IMG/VR virus record: IMGVR_UViG_3300023178_001963
Origin: a virus
DNA length: 64,000 nt
Direction: 5' to 3' (one strand)
The notes below the pieces were generated by a model. It worked only from the letters and a program-made list of their open reading frames with translations, searched no databases and was not told the DNA's origin. The position numbers were made by a program, and so were the translations under genes. This document shows, one piece after another, positions 50,585 to 61,753 of the stretch; position 1 is the stretch's first letter; each line of letters starts with the position of its first letter.

Positions 50585-52132
50585 ATGGCTTCCAAAGTTA
50601 ACAGAGAGCGCAAACCTGGTACAATTTTAGCTGACAGTAATCAGGCAAGGTATAAAGCCGGATTTGGAACCTATGGTTTCAATTCAGATGGTACAAGACC
50701 TGCTGTTACCAAAGCAGCTAAAATGTCAGACATGTGGTTTATTGAATTCACTAAACCAGGTGATAATAAAGCAAACGTATCAGAATTTGCCAAAGCTGTT
50801 TCGCCAATTAATGTTACATCTGAAACTGTAAGTGTTGACAAATACGGTAAAAGAGTACACATTCCAACATATGTGAACTTCAGTGAAGTCACAATACAGT
50901 TTTATGACAAAGTAGACGGCAGCGGTTTTACATTTGCGGGAGAAATATATAAAAATTTCTTTTCAAATGCAGAACTGTCTGCTGATGCTGATAATATTAG
51001 GGCGACAATAACACAAATAAACTCTGGAAGAAAATTTCCATCTAATTCAGAAGAAAGTGGGTTTTATAGAAGTTTTGAGAAAGTATCAGTATATCATTTC
51101 TTTGGTAATTTAGATGCTGGTGGGCAAGGAACTGTACAAAAAATAGATTTAGTGAATCCACTAGTTACAAACATTAGTTTTAGTGGAAGTGATTACAGTG
51201 ATAGTAGTCTAAGAACAATTGATATTTCCCTACAACCAGAAAATGTTATATTTGGTACACCTACTGAAAATCCTGCTGTTCCGGAATGGATGAGTCAGGG
51301 TCTTGAATATATTATACAAGATTTAAATACGGACAACAGTCAATTTGTTACAGAAAAATTAAGGGAAACTTTGAACTTAAAGTTTGACAATCAATTACAG
51401 GGATTAGTTAATAAAAATGTAACAGATATAACTGGTGCTATTGATAATGACAATACAGCAAAGCAACAGCTACAGGAACTTAAAAAGTTAAGTAGCAGAT
51501 TGAAATATTTAGAAAGTGATTCTGCTTCTACACCTGGTGAGAGACAAGAAGCATTAGAAGCGTTTTTAGAACAAAGACGAAACACTATGCCAATGAAAGC
51601 AGAGGCTCTTACTAACTTTAAAAGAAGTGATACGAGTAATACACCATATAGTAGTGATATATTATACCCAAATGTTGCTGATTTCCCAACAGCTAGAACA
51701 CAAGCTGGTGGAACAGATAGATTTACATCAATAGACTTAGCAAATCTAGTAACAAATGAACTTATAACATCATTCTTAAATGGTAGAAGTATAAACATGG
51801 ATAACATTACAAACGGTGTTGCTCGTGGTATACTAGGAAACACAGGTATAGGTACTCTAACAAACTTAGGTAGAACATCACAAAGTAAATTCGGTGTAGC
51901 AGGTGACTATGTTAGAGATAGTCTTATACGTTCTACGAGACTTGGTGTTCCAGCAGAGGGTTTAAAAACAACTACTATATCTAGTAGACCGGTTTCGCAA
52001 CCAACTTCATCTACTCCTGACTTTGGAGATAAGGATTTAGATAAAGCAGGGTTACAGTTCAATCAAACATCACGTACTAATACACAAAATAATATACAAA
52101 ACTTAAAAAACTTGACGAGGGGCATTAGATGA
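50585..52132 (+). CDS. Tube-like baseplate/tail junction protein with C-terminal extension
   Basis: N-terminal tube-like motifs ('V.KYGKR..F..VTIQFYD', 'LVNPLVT.I....DYS'); follows gp19. Confidence 0.55.
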   Translation: MASKVNRERKPGTILADSNQARYKAGFGTYGFNSDGTRPAVTKAAKMSDMWFIEFTKPGDNKANVSEFAKAVSPINVTSETVSVDKYGKRVHIPTYVNFSEVTIQFYDKVDGSGFTFAGEIYKNFFSNAELSADADNIRATITQINSGRKFPSNSEESGFYRSFEKVSVYHFFGNLDAGGQGTVQKIDLVNPLVTNISFSGSDYSDSSLRTIDISLQPENVIFGTPTENPAVPEWMSQGLEYIIQDLNTDNSQFVTEKLRETLNLKFDNQLQGLVNKNVTDITGAIDNDNTAKQQLQELKKLSSRLKYLESDSASTPGERQEALEAFLEQRRNTMPMKAEALTNFKRSDTSNTPYSSDILYPNVADFPTARTQAGGTDRFTSIDLANLVTNELITSFLNGRSINMDNITNGVARGILGNTGIGTLTNLGRTSQSKFGVAGDYVRDSLIRSTRLGVPAEGLKTTTISSRPVSQPTSSTPDFGDKDLDKAGLQFNQTSRTNTQNNIQNLKNLTRGIR

Positions 52133-52392
52133 ACATTGATATTTTAACAGCACAGCTTGTTAGAAAAGGCTTCTCACAAGAACGTGCTAAAGTTTTCGCT
52201 AATGAGATACTTACTATTGCAAGAGATTACGGTATTAATCCTTCAAATCTCATTGACCACGTTTCAGAAGATTTCAAACTAAATGATTTGGGATCGTTCA
52301 TTATTAATAATGCTCTGCGTTTCGGTTATGTTACAGGAAAAATGCAAACTAGAGAACCGAATAAATATGTCGCAAGAGCAATTATTAAATGA
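52129..52392 (+). CDS. Hypothetical protein
   Basis: Translationally coupled (ATGA) on both sides. Confidence 0.7.
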   Translation: MNIDILTAQLVRKGFSQERAKVFANEILTIARDYGINPSNLIDHVSEDFKLNDLGSFIINNALRFGYVTGKMQTREPNKYVARAIIK

Positions 52393-52850
52393 AAAAATTT
52401 CATCAAGGTAAATACGAAATAAAAAATCCAAAAAAGTACGCAGGCGGCGGTTCCCCTACTTTTAGAAGTAGCTGGGAATATACCTTTATGTGTTTTTGTG
52501 ACGACAATCCAAATGTTGTAGCATGGGCGAGTGAACCTGTAAAGATAACTTATCAGAATCCAATGACTGGAAAAGTTACGGCGTATGTTCCAGATTTTGT
52601 TATAACATATATAGATGCTACCGGTAAGAAACATGCTGAACTTATAGAAATAAAACCTAGTTCACAAACAAAACCAGAGTTTGCTAGAAAGCGAACTGAC
52701 CAAGCTCAAGTTGCTATAAATTATGCTAAATGGGAAGCAGCAACACATTGGGCAAGAAAAAGAGGCATGCGTTTTAGAGTGTTAAATGAAGGTGACATTT
52801 ACCAAAATACTAAACAGCCTAAAGCAAGAAAGCCGAGGAAAAAGAAATGA
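52389..52850 (+). CDS. gp4: Head completion nuclease (gp4-like, TnsA-type fold)
   Basis: 'NPKKY.G..FRSSWE..FM.FCD.NP.V..WASE..YVPDF..IEIKP..N.AKWEAA'. Confidence 0.92.
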   Translation: MKKFHQGKYEIKNPKKYAGGGSPTFRSSWEYTFMCFCDDNPNVVAWASEPVKITYQNPMTGKVTAYVPDFVITYIDATGKKHAELIEIKPSSQTKPEFARKRTDQAQVAINYAKWEAATHWARKRGMRFRVLNEGDIYQNTKQPKARKPRKKK

Positions 52851-53368
52851 CTAAGAAACTAGAAGAAACGTTCAACATAAAACCTATATGTAACGATGAT
52901 GATGAAGTTGAAGAAACTCCATCAGTAGAAGTGTCGAAAGAATTGACCGAAATTTTGAATACAGAATTAGAAACAATTGATAAGATTGATTCTGCCCTAC
53001 CAATGGTACAAGATTTAAATCAACATGATAGAGAAATGGATGAGATACATAGTAAAGCTCTTAATGCGTTTGAAGAGTTATTTTCTCTTGGAATGAATGT
53101 CGAGGTACACGCAGGTGCGAAACTAATGGAAACAGCTAATCAAATGTTAAAAACAGCAATGGAAGCAAAAGATTCTAAAGTTGATAGAAAACTTAAAATG
53201 ATTAACCTTCAAATGCAAAAAGCACGATTAGAGCATCAAATAGATAAAGAAGAAAAGAAAAATACAAAAGACGAAGAGTTGGAAGGTGAAGGTTCAGTAA
53301 TAATTGATAGAAATGAGCTACTAAAGAGAATAGCTAAAGTTAAAGATATTACTAACCCAGATAAATAA
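52847..53368 (+). CDS. Helical hypothetical protein, possibly terminase small subunit
   Basis: 173-aa helical protein coupled to gp4. The TerS call rests only on size, helicity and position. Confidence 0.45.
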   Translation: MTKKLEETFNIKPICNDDDEVEETPSVEVSKELTEILNTELETIDKIDSALPMVQDLNQHDREMDEIHSKALNAFEELFSLGMNVEVHAGAKLMETANQMLKTAMEAKDSKVDRKLKMINLQMQKARLEHQIDKEEKKNTKDEELEGEGSVIIDRNELLKRIAKVKDITNPDK

Positions 53369-53389
53369 GATTATAAATTGGAGAAACCA

Positions 53390-53962
53390 ATGAAAAGTTT
53401 TAGAGAATATTTAACAGAATCTACAAGAGAAAATAAACTATCTATTAGATTCGCAGCAGAAATGACTGAAGAGGATGTGAACCGTGTTGAACGTTTCCTA
53501 GGCAAGTATGACCTTATTTCTATGTCTAAGACATCTACAACACCTATTACAAAAAACCCTTTATTCTTTTCTGAGGAAGTAACAAATACAAAAGTTTCAA
53601 AAATAGATATCACTACTGGATATCCTGTATCAGCGGACATTTTACGTCAACAACTAGCAGACTTATTAGAAATGCATCTTACACATATTGCAGTTCATCC
53701 TGAAGGTTGGGAACCAACTGAAGAACCAGAAGAAGATGGAGATAGAGAAGCTCTGCTTGATTCTGAATATGATGATGAATCTGATAATGGTAAGAATTAT
53801 GGACGTACATTCGTAGATAACTTTTTGAAGTCACTATCCAAACGTGATGAAGTAAAAGTTGAGAATGAACTAAGTGTCAAAGAAGAACGTGACTCTACTC
53901 CAGAGCAAATGGATACAGATGAAAAATCTAGTGACTCAGTAATTTCTGGAGATGAAAAATGA
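53390..53962 (+). CDS. Probable virion (head) protein
   Basis: GGAGA RBS before 'MKSFREYLTES', an N-terminus typical of protease-processed head proteins; late box at 53360. Confidence 0.6.
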   Translation: MKSFREYLTESTRENKLSIRFAAEMTEEDVNRVERFLGKYDLISMSKTSTTPITKNPLFFSEEVTNTKVSKIDITTGYPVSADILRQQLADLLEMHLTHIAVHPEGWEPTEEPEEDGDREALLDSEYDDESDNGKNYGRTFVDNFLKSLSKRDEVKVENELSVKEERDSTPEQMDTDEKSSDSVISGDEK

Positions 53963-54645
53963 GTAAACATTACAACTTAACAGTAACAGATAAAAATGGT
54001 AAGTCTATTACTACGACTAACGTAAGTACAGAATACCCAGAAGAATTAGTTCGTCTGCTTACTCTGGCAGGTTCACAAGTGGAAGTAACGCCAGTAACTA
54101 CAGATTGTGGTTGCGGTGCTGCACCTTGTGGGTGTGGTGGAGTAGAAGAAGATGTTGAATACAAACCAACACCAGCAAACGATGAACTAGACTTAGATGA
54201 TTTTTCAAAGAAAACAGCTAATTCTATTTCTAAACAAAGAAAACAAATACAACCTTCACATGGTGATAATCCACTAGAATATTCAGTTAATGAAGAAGAA
54301 ATCTATGATGCTCTAATGGCAGACGCACAAGAGTTCGGCTTAGTTGATGAATCATTCAGTGACCAAGTAAGAGACTTTGGAATGTTCTCAAAAGGCGGTA
54401 ACGCACAAGTTCAAAACATGATCCAATATATTTTAAATGATTTTGATGATGCGGCAGAGAAAGCAACAAATAGTGAACGTGATTCACTACGCATGGATGC
54501 GTTTAGAAAACTATCAAATGAACTAGAAGCACTATCAGACGAAGATGGTTACGAAGAAGCAATGGACACAGAAGTACGTGAACGTGCTATTAAATACCTC
54601 GACCAAGGCATCATTCGTATTTTGGATATGCTTGATAAACAATAA
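53959..54645 (+). CDS. Acidic hypothetical protein with a CGCGxxPCGC motif
   Basis: Coupled ORF followed by a terminator. Confidence 0.65.
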   Translation: MSKHYNLTVTDKNGKSITTTNVSTEYPEELVRLLTLAGSQVEVTPVTTDCGCGAAPCGCGGVEEDVEYKPTPANDELDLDDFSKKTANSISKQRKQIQPSHGDNPLEYSVNEEEIYDALMADAQEFGLVDESFSDQVRDFGMFSKGGNAQVQNMIQYILNDFDDAAEKATNSERDSLRMDAFRKLSNELEALSDEDGYEEAMDTEVRERAIKYLDQGIIRILDMLDKQ

Positions 54646-54669
54646 TATATAAAAATATGTAAATGAATT

Positions 54670-54700
54670 AAAGCGTCATAATTATTATGGCGCTTTTTTT
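54670..54700 (+). terminator. Intrinsic terminator
   Basis: AAAGCGTCATAA-TTA-TTATGGCGCTTTTTTT. Confidence 0.8.
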
Positions 54701-54755
54701 ATAAATACGGATAGAACATAATATGATTTAAAACTTTTTTTGGGAGATATCTACT

Positions 54756-57700
54756 ATGGGTAAGTATAGAGGTTTGAATATTACAGGCGGACTTAACGCC
54801 AATTTTAGAAAAATTAAAGTACGTAAGACAGTTGATACTGAATCTTTAGAAGATAGAGGTACAATCGCAGAAGCAGCGTCAGACTTACCTACAAAAGGTG
54901 CTGGTCACAGACGTGGACGTGGCGCTCTTAAATCCCAACGACGAGCAGCACAAGGAGCTACTCGTGGATCAATTTCAATGGGTTGGATCACAGGTGATGA
55001 TTCAAATGTTATCAGTACTCATGATTATGGTTATATCTTCCAAAATACACTATCAAATGACCAAGCAGCTTGGGAAACACGTAGAGCATTAGGTGTAGCA
55101 GCATCAATTGCTGATGAGCAAAATGCGGTTGCCACTGCACCAGTTTATGCTACTGGTGTTTCTCTATATAACTCAACTGGTATTATCCCAGCTGGTACTC
55201 CACTAATTCTTAATGAAGATGGTACTGTTTCTGCAGTAGCTGGATCTGCTGGTGGCAGTGGACCATATACATATACAGCAGATACTAACTCACAGGAATG
55301 GGAAGTAGATGCTGATTATCAAAATCAATCTTATCCTGATCGTTGGGGAGAATCATGGAACAAGATAGCAACAAATGGTACTTATACTGTTATAGGGGAT
55401 TCACTTTACGAAGAACTTGATAATGGTAACAAAACATATTCAGGCGGACATGCGTGGATTATTAGAAACTCAGACGGTGCTGTTATGAAATCATGGAACA
55501 GCGTTGTTGATGGAGATTCTCCAAATGATGCCACGTTAGTTTCTTTTGGCGGAACCACAACAGGCGGCGTAACTTACGCAAATAGTAAATATAACCAAGC
55601 AGCTTTTGGTAATGCTGTCGCAATTAATAACAATTATGCATTCGTTTCTGCAGGGTATATAGGAACTAATCAATTTGGTACTGATCCAAACTTTGGTAGA
55701 GGTGAACTATATGTGATATCTTTAGAAGATTTTAGTTTAGTTACAGTAATAGATAAATCAGCTGCCTACCCTGATAGTGGAAGTTGGAATGCAGCGGGTA
55801 GTACTAGTTGGGCGCAACAACAAATTATATTAGATGACAATACAATGGTAATCAGCGCCCCGCACGAAGACTCTCCGGATGGCACAACCAATACTAGTGA
55901 ACAAGAGGGCGCAATATATGTATACGATATTTCGGGTGACCCTGCTAATTGGTCTACACCAATTATTAAACTAACTAATCCAATTCCAGATAATACTACA
56001 GATAGACCAACTACTTCAATTTGGTGGAATTTCGGAAATTCTATAGCTGTTGACTTTACAGCACAAAAAATGGTAGTAGAATGGGGTCAAATTAACAATG
56101 GTCACCATTCAGCAGTATATGATTTTTCATCTGGGTGGAGCAATACTCCTATTAATAGAAGAACAGTAGCGTTCCAAGCATATCCGGGCGGAAGTTTCAC
56201 TAGTTTACAGGGTGACACATACTACTATTATACAACCGACACTTTAACTTTACACGCTGTAGATATAAGTCAAGCAGCAAGTGGAATTTATACGCCTATT
56301 TGGAGCAAACAATTCTTTGGAGGATCATACGCCGGCGGAGATTATATCAATGTAGTTTTGTATGATGAATCATACGCATATATATCAAATGTTGCTTATG
56401 ATGATCCCACCTATTCAAATCAGGGACAAGTTTTAGTAGCAGATTTATCTAATAGTGGAAATGTTATTGATACTATTGATGCAAGACAAGGTAATATGAC
56501 AAGCGAAAGATTTGGATATAGTATAAGTTTAGGAACAGGTGGGTCACTTATTGTGGCTGGTGAAAAATCTGCTTCGGTTGGACCAAATAATGAAAATTTA
56601 TCAAGAATGTACTTGTATCAAGTTGGACCTGGAGCAGGCTCGACAAACCTAACAGATTCAAACTTTATTGGTTTCGCAAAAGATGGTTTCTCAGGTGCAT
56701 CTCTTGGTAAGGTTATTTCTTTTGGTGGTATTGTTGATGGTTTTACTGGACTAACTGTGGGTGAAACATATTATGTACAGAATGATGGTTCTATTAGTTT
56801 AACCCCATCTGATGTCGCCGCAGGTCCGGCTGTAAGTACAACATCAATTCAAGTTCAAGCACCTGTAGTTAATTATTCATATGAAGGCTCCACTTACACA
56901 TTAGGTGCAAAAAGTGGTACATTCTCTTCAGGCCCGTATACATCTGCTATAACACTTGACGGTAATACAGTTTTCCAAGGTTTCCCATATGAAATGTCTC
57001 CAAACGAAGAGTCTGGTGGACTTGAAATTTATACAAAAGATAGTGGCGGAAACTGGTCAGTTTTACAGACTATTCATCCTCCACTGGAAGGAGCAAATAA
57101 CAGTTTCAAGTGGAGATTCGGTGCGACTGTAAGAGTTACAGACGATGGTAATAGAATGGTTACTATGAGAACAGGCGGGGTTTCAGGTTATAATCCAGGT
57201 AAGTTTTATGTTTACGACAAAAACGAAACATCAGGTCTATATGAACTTACAGCAAGTCATCAGCATTATTCAGATGCAGGCATGAATAACCAACGCTTTG
57301 ATAAATCTACTGGATATAATGGTTTAGATATGTCACCTGATGGTACACTTATAATGATACATCATACAAAGTATATAAACTCATCATCAGGATATGAAAA
57401 CTGGGCTATTGTGTACAGACAAGATGAAAACGGTGCGTATCAATATACCGATAAGATACAAATGCCAATTTATGGAAGCCGTGGTTCTATGAGCGGAGCT
57501 TCACAATGGTCACCTACTGATATGTCAACTAGTGGGCATTTTATAATGGGGTATCCAACTTGGAATAGTTTTGGTAAAGCAGCATACGCATACTATGATT
57601 TAGAAACAGGACAAACATACTCAGGTTTATTAGCAGCTAATAGCGGAACTGTAAACGCATTCGGTAAAGGTGTAGCAATGGCTGGTGACGGTTCAAATTG

Positions 57701-59021
57701 TGCTGTACTTGATCCAACCTGGCAGTATCAGTATGCTCAAGGTGTAGCGGGTGCTGTATTCATTTATGTATGGGATTCATCTACCAAAACATACTCATTT
57801 TCACAGCAATTAGCAGCAAATGATGAAAATCCGTCAGATGTTTTAAGACAGGCAGGTAGTATTTTATTTAACAGTGATGGATCGCAGTTATTCATTAAGA
57901 AAACCAACAGTATGCTTATATACACAAGGGATGAGAATGGAACATATGTTCTGTCAGAAGAGTTACCAAATAGTTTTGTATCAAATGGTTGGGGTACATT
58001 TAGTAGTTCAAGTGATATGGCGTGGTTGCTTTGTGGTGGTGGTACATTTGGTGTACACGGTGGTACATCTGGTTCTGCTGGACAAAGTTCTGGAAATCTA
58101 CCAACATCTAACAGTAGTACATGGTATGGTGATCGTTATGTCGCTTCTGGTGGGCGTACATCATCTAAATATTCATCCATAGAATACATTGAAATTGCTA
58201 CAGGTGGAAGTGCTACAGGAATGGGTAATATGCTGGAAGCAAAAGTATTTAACTCTTCTATCTCTGATAGCCAGAATTATTATACCATTGGTGGACAGAC
58301 TGATGCATTTGGACATAGTAAACTAATAGAATATAAAGCATTTTCTTCTACAGCAAATTCATCTCAATATGGAGATCTGACTGGATTCTTTGCAATGGGT
58401 GCAGCAGGCTCTAATGGTGTGACGGGAATTTACGCACATCAATATGGTCTACTAGGCTCATATTTAACAGGTATGGACTGGATTGCACTAGGAGGCACAT
58501 CTGGTAATTCAAGTAGTTTGGGCGATTTGTCTGTAGGGCGATCTACTGGCGCAGGTTGTGCTGATGCTACTTATTTTGTATTGGGCGGTGGTAATTATGA
58601 TGGTGGGCCTTACGCTATTAATACTACAGAATATCTTACTATAGCTAACGGCGGCACCGCTACAGCAGGCGGCACATTATCATATGGGGCACAAGCTAAT
58701 GGCGCAGCATCAAATTCTACTAAAGGAGTTTGGGCAGGCGGTTATAGTAACTCTTTAAATAGTGCGGTAAGTACCATGTCAGTTATGACGTTGGCAAACC
58801 CTTCTAATAATGCTACAACTCTTGGTAATTTATCTAACGCAGTACAGTATCCTGGATTATCATGTTCTTCGGACAAAGTTGTTCATTCAGGCGGCTATGG
58901 TAACAATTATGTTAATTCTATAGGTGTTGCCTCAATTGAGACTGGCGGTACAGCATCTAATATTGGTACATTGTCAGCGGCTAGAATGGGTGTAGGTGCA
59001 GCGACAGGCAATGCATCTTAA
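54756..59021 (+). CDS. Large modular virion/adhesin-like protein (basic leader, beta-propeller-like regions, C-terminal Gly/Ser/Thr repeats)
   Basis: Late box and GGGAGA RBS; FG-GAP-like blades; paralogous to the ORFs at 59117 and 62694. Confidence 0.7.
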   Translation: MGKYRGLNITGGLNANFRKIKVRKTVDTESLEDRGTIAEAASDLPTKGAGHRRGRGALKSQRRAAQGATRGSISMGWITGDDSNVISTHDYGYIFQNTLSNDQAAWETRRALGVAASIADEQNAVATAPVYATGVSLYNSTGIIPAGTPLILNEDGTVSAVAGSAGGSGPYTYTADTNSQEWEVDADYQNQSYPDRWGESWNKIATNGTYTVIGDSLYEELDNGNKTYSGGHAWIIRNSDGAVMKSWNSVVDGDSPNDATLVSFGGTTTGGVTYANSKYNQAAFGNAVAINNNYAFVSAGYIGTNQFGTDPNFGRGELYVISLEDFSLVTVIDKSAAYPDSGSWNAAGSTSWAQQQIILDDNTMVISAPHEDSPDGTTNTSEQEGAIYVYDISGDPANWSTPIIKLTNPIPDNTTDRPTTSIWWNFGNSIAVDFTAQKMVVEWGQINNGHHSAVYDFSSGWSNTPINRRTVAFQAYPGGSFTSLQGDTYYYYTTDTLTLHAVDISQAASGIYTPIWSKQFFGGSYAGGDYINVVLYDESYAYISNVAYDDPTYSNQGQVLVADLSNSGNVIDTIDARQGNMTSERFGYSISLGTGGSLIVAGEKSASVGPNNENLSRMYLYQVGPGAGSTNLTDSNFIGFAKDGFSGASLGKVISFGGIVDGFTGLTVGETYYVQNDGSISLTPSDVAAGPAVSTTSIQVQAPVVNYSYEGSTYTLGAKSGTFSSGPYTSAITLDGNTVFQGFPYEMSPNEESGGLEIYTKDSGGNWSVLQTIHPPLEGANNSFKWRFGATVRVTDDGNRMVTMRTGGVSGYNPGKFYVYDKNETSGLYELTASHQHYSDAGMNNQRFDKSTGYNGLDMSPDGTLIMIHHTKYINSSSGYENWAIVYRQDENGAYQYTDKIQMPIYGSRGSMSGASQWSPTDMSTSGHFIMGYPTWNSFGKAAYAYYDLETGQTYSGLLAANSGTVNAFGKGVAMAGDGSNCAVLDPTWQYQYAQGVAGAVFIYVWDSSTKTYSFSQQLAANDENPSDVLRQAGSILFNSDGSQLFIKKTNSMLIYTRDENGTYVLSEELPNSFVSNGWGTFSSSSDMAWLLCGGGTFGVHGGTSGSAGQSSGNLPTSNSSTWYGDRYVASGGRTSSKYSSIEYIEIATGGSATGMGNMLEAKVFNSSISDSQNYYTIGGQTDAFGHSKLIEYKAFSSTANSSQYGDLTGFFAMGAAGSNGVTGIYAHQYGLLGSYLTGMDWIALGGTSGNSSSLGDLSVGRSTGAGCADATYFVLGGGNYDGGPYAINTTEYLTIANGGTATAGGTLSYGAQANGAASNSTKGVWAGGYSNSLNSAVSTMSVMTLANPSNNATTLGNLSNAVQYPGLSCSSDKVVHSGGYGNNYVNSIGVASIETGGTASNIGTLSAARMGVGAATGNAS

Positions 59022-59047
59022 CAAATAAAATTAAAAATCTTAAAAAC

Positions 59048-59078
59048 AAGCCGCTGTCTTAAAGATAGCGGCTTTTTT
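59048..59078 (+). terminator. Intrinsic terminator
   Basis: AAGCCGCTGTCT-TAA-AGATAGCGGCTTTTTT. Confidence 0.85.
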
Positions 59079-59116
59079 GATAAATACAGTAAATACTAAA
59101 GCATTGGGAGACTTTA

Positions 59117-61753
59117 ATGGGTACATATAGAGGTCTAAATTTATCAGGTGGTTTAAGAGCTAACTTTAGAAAAATTAAAGTAAAAAAGACTATTGATGAA
59201 ATGGAAATTTCAGATAGAGGAGCTATTACAGGTACACCTAGCGATCTTACAACAAAAGGTGCTGGTCATAGACGTGGCCGTAATAATAATCAAAGACGTG
59301 GTGCACGTGGTGCTACAAGAGAAAGCGTGGATTATGGTTTTATTACTGGGGCAGATTCTAATATCGTACAAGAACATGATTATGGTACTGTAGTAGAAAA
59401 TACCACATCATTGGCGTCGGCTGTATTTGAAACACGTAGAAGCCTAGGTCTCGCAGCCTCTATCGCAGAAGAAGAAACTGCGGTAGCTCCTGCTGCAGCA
59501 ATGCCCGGTTCAGTATCACTTTACAATTCAACTGGTATTATCCCAGCCGGTACTCCACTAATTCTTAATGAAGATGGTACTGTTTCTGCTGTTACTGGTG
59601 GAATCGTAACTGGATCTTCGCTTGATATGTCAATATCTAAAAACGGTCAAATGAGGGCAGTCAAAGTAAGAGGTGATTATATTATCGTAGGGACAAGGAT
59701 GACAAGTCCTGGAAAAGTTTATGTATTCAATAAAAGTGGCGAATTAGTACATGAAATTACTGGTCCTTCAGGATCATCATACCTGTTTGGTTGGGGAGTT
59801 GATGTAAATGATGATTATATAGCTGTAACAGACAGAGATGCCGACAAAGCGTATCTCTTTAATATGTCAGATGGTTCTCTGAGACATACATTATCTAGAC
59901 CAAGTTCAAGCAACAACAATAACCCCATGTACTCAAACTCAGTGTCTTTACTTGGCGATAAAGTCGTAATCGGTTCATATCAAGAAAAAGATGGTTATGG
60001 GGCACGTATGTATAATTGTGTTAACGGATCATTAATTAGAGATTATGTAAGTACAAGCACTACCGCAAATCATCCTACTGGCGGCACTGAGTATCATTTT
60101 GGTAGATCAGTAGCAATGAATTCAACAAAGGTTTTTATTACCCATCCTGGCCATGATATACATGTATTCAGTCATAGCAGTGATAGTAGTATAGCTACGA
60201 TTTCAGCTGGTGGTAGTGGTCAATTCTTAGATTGTGATGAAACATATCTAACTCTTAGTACCTATGCATACCCAAGTCAAGTTGCAGTATACGATGTTTC
60301 AACACTTAATCTTATTAGGACTATAACAGTTCCTAATGGCATTCCTGAATTTGGTTGGGGCGCCCAAATTTCTGGAAATTATATTGTAGTTAGTACTTAT
60401 AATCGAGGATATGTTTATGTGTTTGATATTACAACAGGTAATCATTTAGCTACATTAGAAAGTCCGGATGGCGATACCACATATCCTGGTACAAATTTTG
60501 GTATGGCAAACACAATGGGTACCGCAAGTGTTGGTATAGGCGATAATGGAGATGGTAGTGCCATAGTTGCCGTATCTCATACTAATCATCCGGATGGTCC
60601 TAAATTACACTTGTATACAGTTGGTGATATATCAACAACTAACTTAACCGCAGATAATTATATTGGATTTGCTGGTTCAGAGTTTTCCTATGATGGTGCA
60701 TTAGGCCAAGTTATCACAGGGGGCGGAGTGGTCACCGGATTAAGTGGTTTGGTAGTTGACGCAGATTACTATGTTCAAAATGATGGATCAATAGGCACAA
60801 CTGTAACAGATGTCTTTGCTGGTACGGCAACATCCCCTACTACATTAGAACTACCAAGTCCAACTAGTTGGTATGGTGACAGGGGAATAGCAGTATTTGG
60901 TAGTGGTGGAACAGCAATTGAATACTTTAATATACCAACTCCATCAGCAACATCTACTACTTTTGGTAATTTAACATCTATTAGAAGATTTCCAGCAACT
61001 GGATCAAACGGAACATACGGAGTTGCTGTTGCAGGTTATAATCAGGCACTAGATGATATTGATTATTTTGCAATTGCCACACCGGGGGCTGCTAGTAGCT
61101 TTGGATTAACGACTCGTAATATTGGTTATACTTGGGGATCATCCGATGGAACTACTATGTTTTATGGATCAGGCGGCGCCGATGGAGGCGGTGTTCAGTT
61201 AGAACATATTACTATTGGTACTAGCGGAACAGCAACACAGTTTATAAGTGCCACATCTTCAACTAACTTTGGCTATGGAATTTCTAACGCAAACAAAACG
61301 CTGATTAATGGGTTAACAACTACTAGGACACAAATTTCGTACTTTAATAATTTAACAGCAACAATAGCAGAAGATTGGGGCGACCTAGTAGTTACTACGC
61401 ACTGGGATAGAGTAGGTGCATCTAATGAAACATACGGACTTTACGCAGGTGGTAACAAAGGTAGTACATGGGCTCATCAAAGAACAAATGCAATTGATTA
61501 TGTTGCTATAGATACGCTAGGACAGGCAGGGTCATTTGGGACACTATCTGAAACAAAAAATAACATGTGTACTTCTAGCAATGGAACATTGGCAGCATTC
61601 GCAGGAGGACAAAGATCATCTTCAACTGACACAAGAACAATTGAATATGTTAATATAGGAACTTCGGGTACTGCTTCTGATTGGGGAGACTTAATTGGGA
61701 TATTCACTGAGGGTAGACCAGGTAACGGACAGATTGCAGGTAACGCCGCATAA
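59117..61753 (+). CDS. Modular virion/adhesin-like protein, paralogue 2
   Basis: Same leader, linkers and WYGDR-initiated C-terminal repeat domain as the ORF at 54756. Confidence 0.7.
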   Translation: MGTYRGLNLSGGLRANFRKIKVKKTIDEMEISDRGAITGTPSDLTTKGAGHRRGRNNNQRRGARGATRESVDYGFITGADSNIVQEHDYGTVVENTTSLASAVFETRRSLGLAASIAEEETAVAPAAAMPGSVSLYNSTGIIPAGTPLILNEDGTVSAVTGGIVTGSSLDMSISKNGQMRAVKVRGDYIIVGTRMTSPGKVYVFNKSGELVHEITGPSGSSYLFGWGVDVNDDYIAVTDRDADKAYLFNMSDGSLRHTLSRPSSSNNNNPMYSNSVSLLGDKVVIGSYQEKDGYGARMYNCVNGSLIRDYVSTSTTANHPTGGTEYHFGRSVAMNSTKVFITHPGHDIHVFSHSSDSSIATISAGGSGQFLDCDETYLTLSTYAYPSQVAVYDVSTLNLIRTITVPNGIPEFGWGAQISGNYIVVSTYNRGYVYVFDITTGNHLATLESPDGDTTYPGTNFGMANTMGTASVGIGDNGDGSAIVAVSHTNHPDGPKLHLYTVGDISTTNLTADNYIGFAGSEFSYDGALGQVITGGGVVTGLSGLVVDADYYVQNDGSIGTTVTDVFAGTATSPTTLELPSPTSWYGDRGIAVFGSGGTAIEYFNIPTPSATSTTFGNLTSIRRFPATGSNGTYGVAVAGYNQALDDIDYFAIATPGAASSFGLTTRNIGYTWGSSDGTTMFYGSGGADGGGVQLEHITIGTSGTATQFISATSSTNFGYGISNANKTLINGLTTTRTQISYFNNLTATIAEDWGDLVVTTHWDRVGASNETYGLYAGGNKGSTWAHQRTNAIDYVAIDTLGQAGSFGTLSETKNNMCTSSNGTLAAFAGGQRSSSTDTRTIEYVNIGTSGTASDWGDLIGIFTEGRPGNGQIAGNAA

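Noticed and set aside
54756-55145. Tat signal peptide reading of the RR-containing leaders
   Set aside because: No hydrophobic h-region follows the arginines, and the RR lies about 50 residues in.
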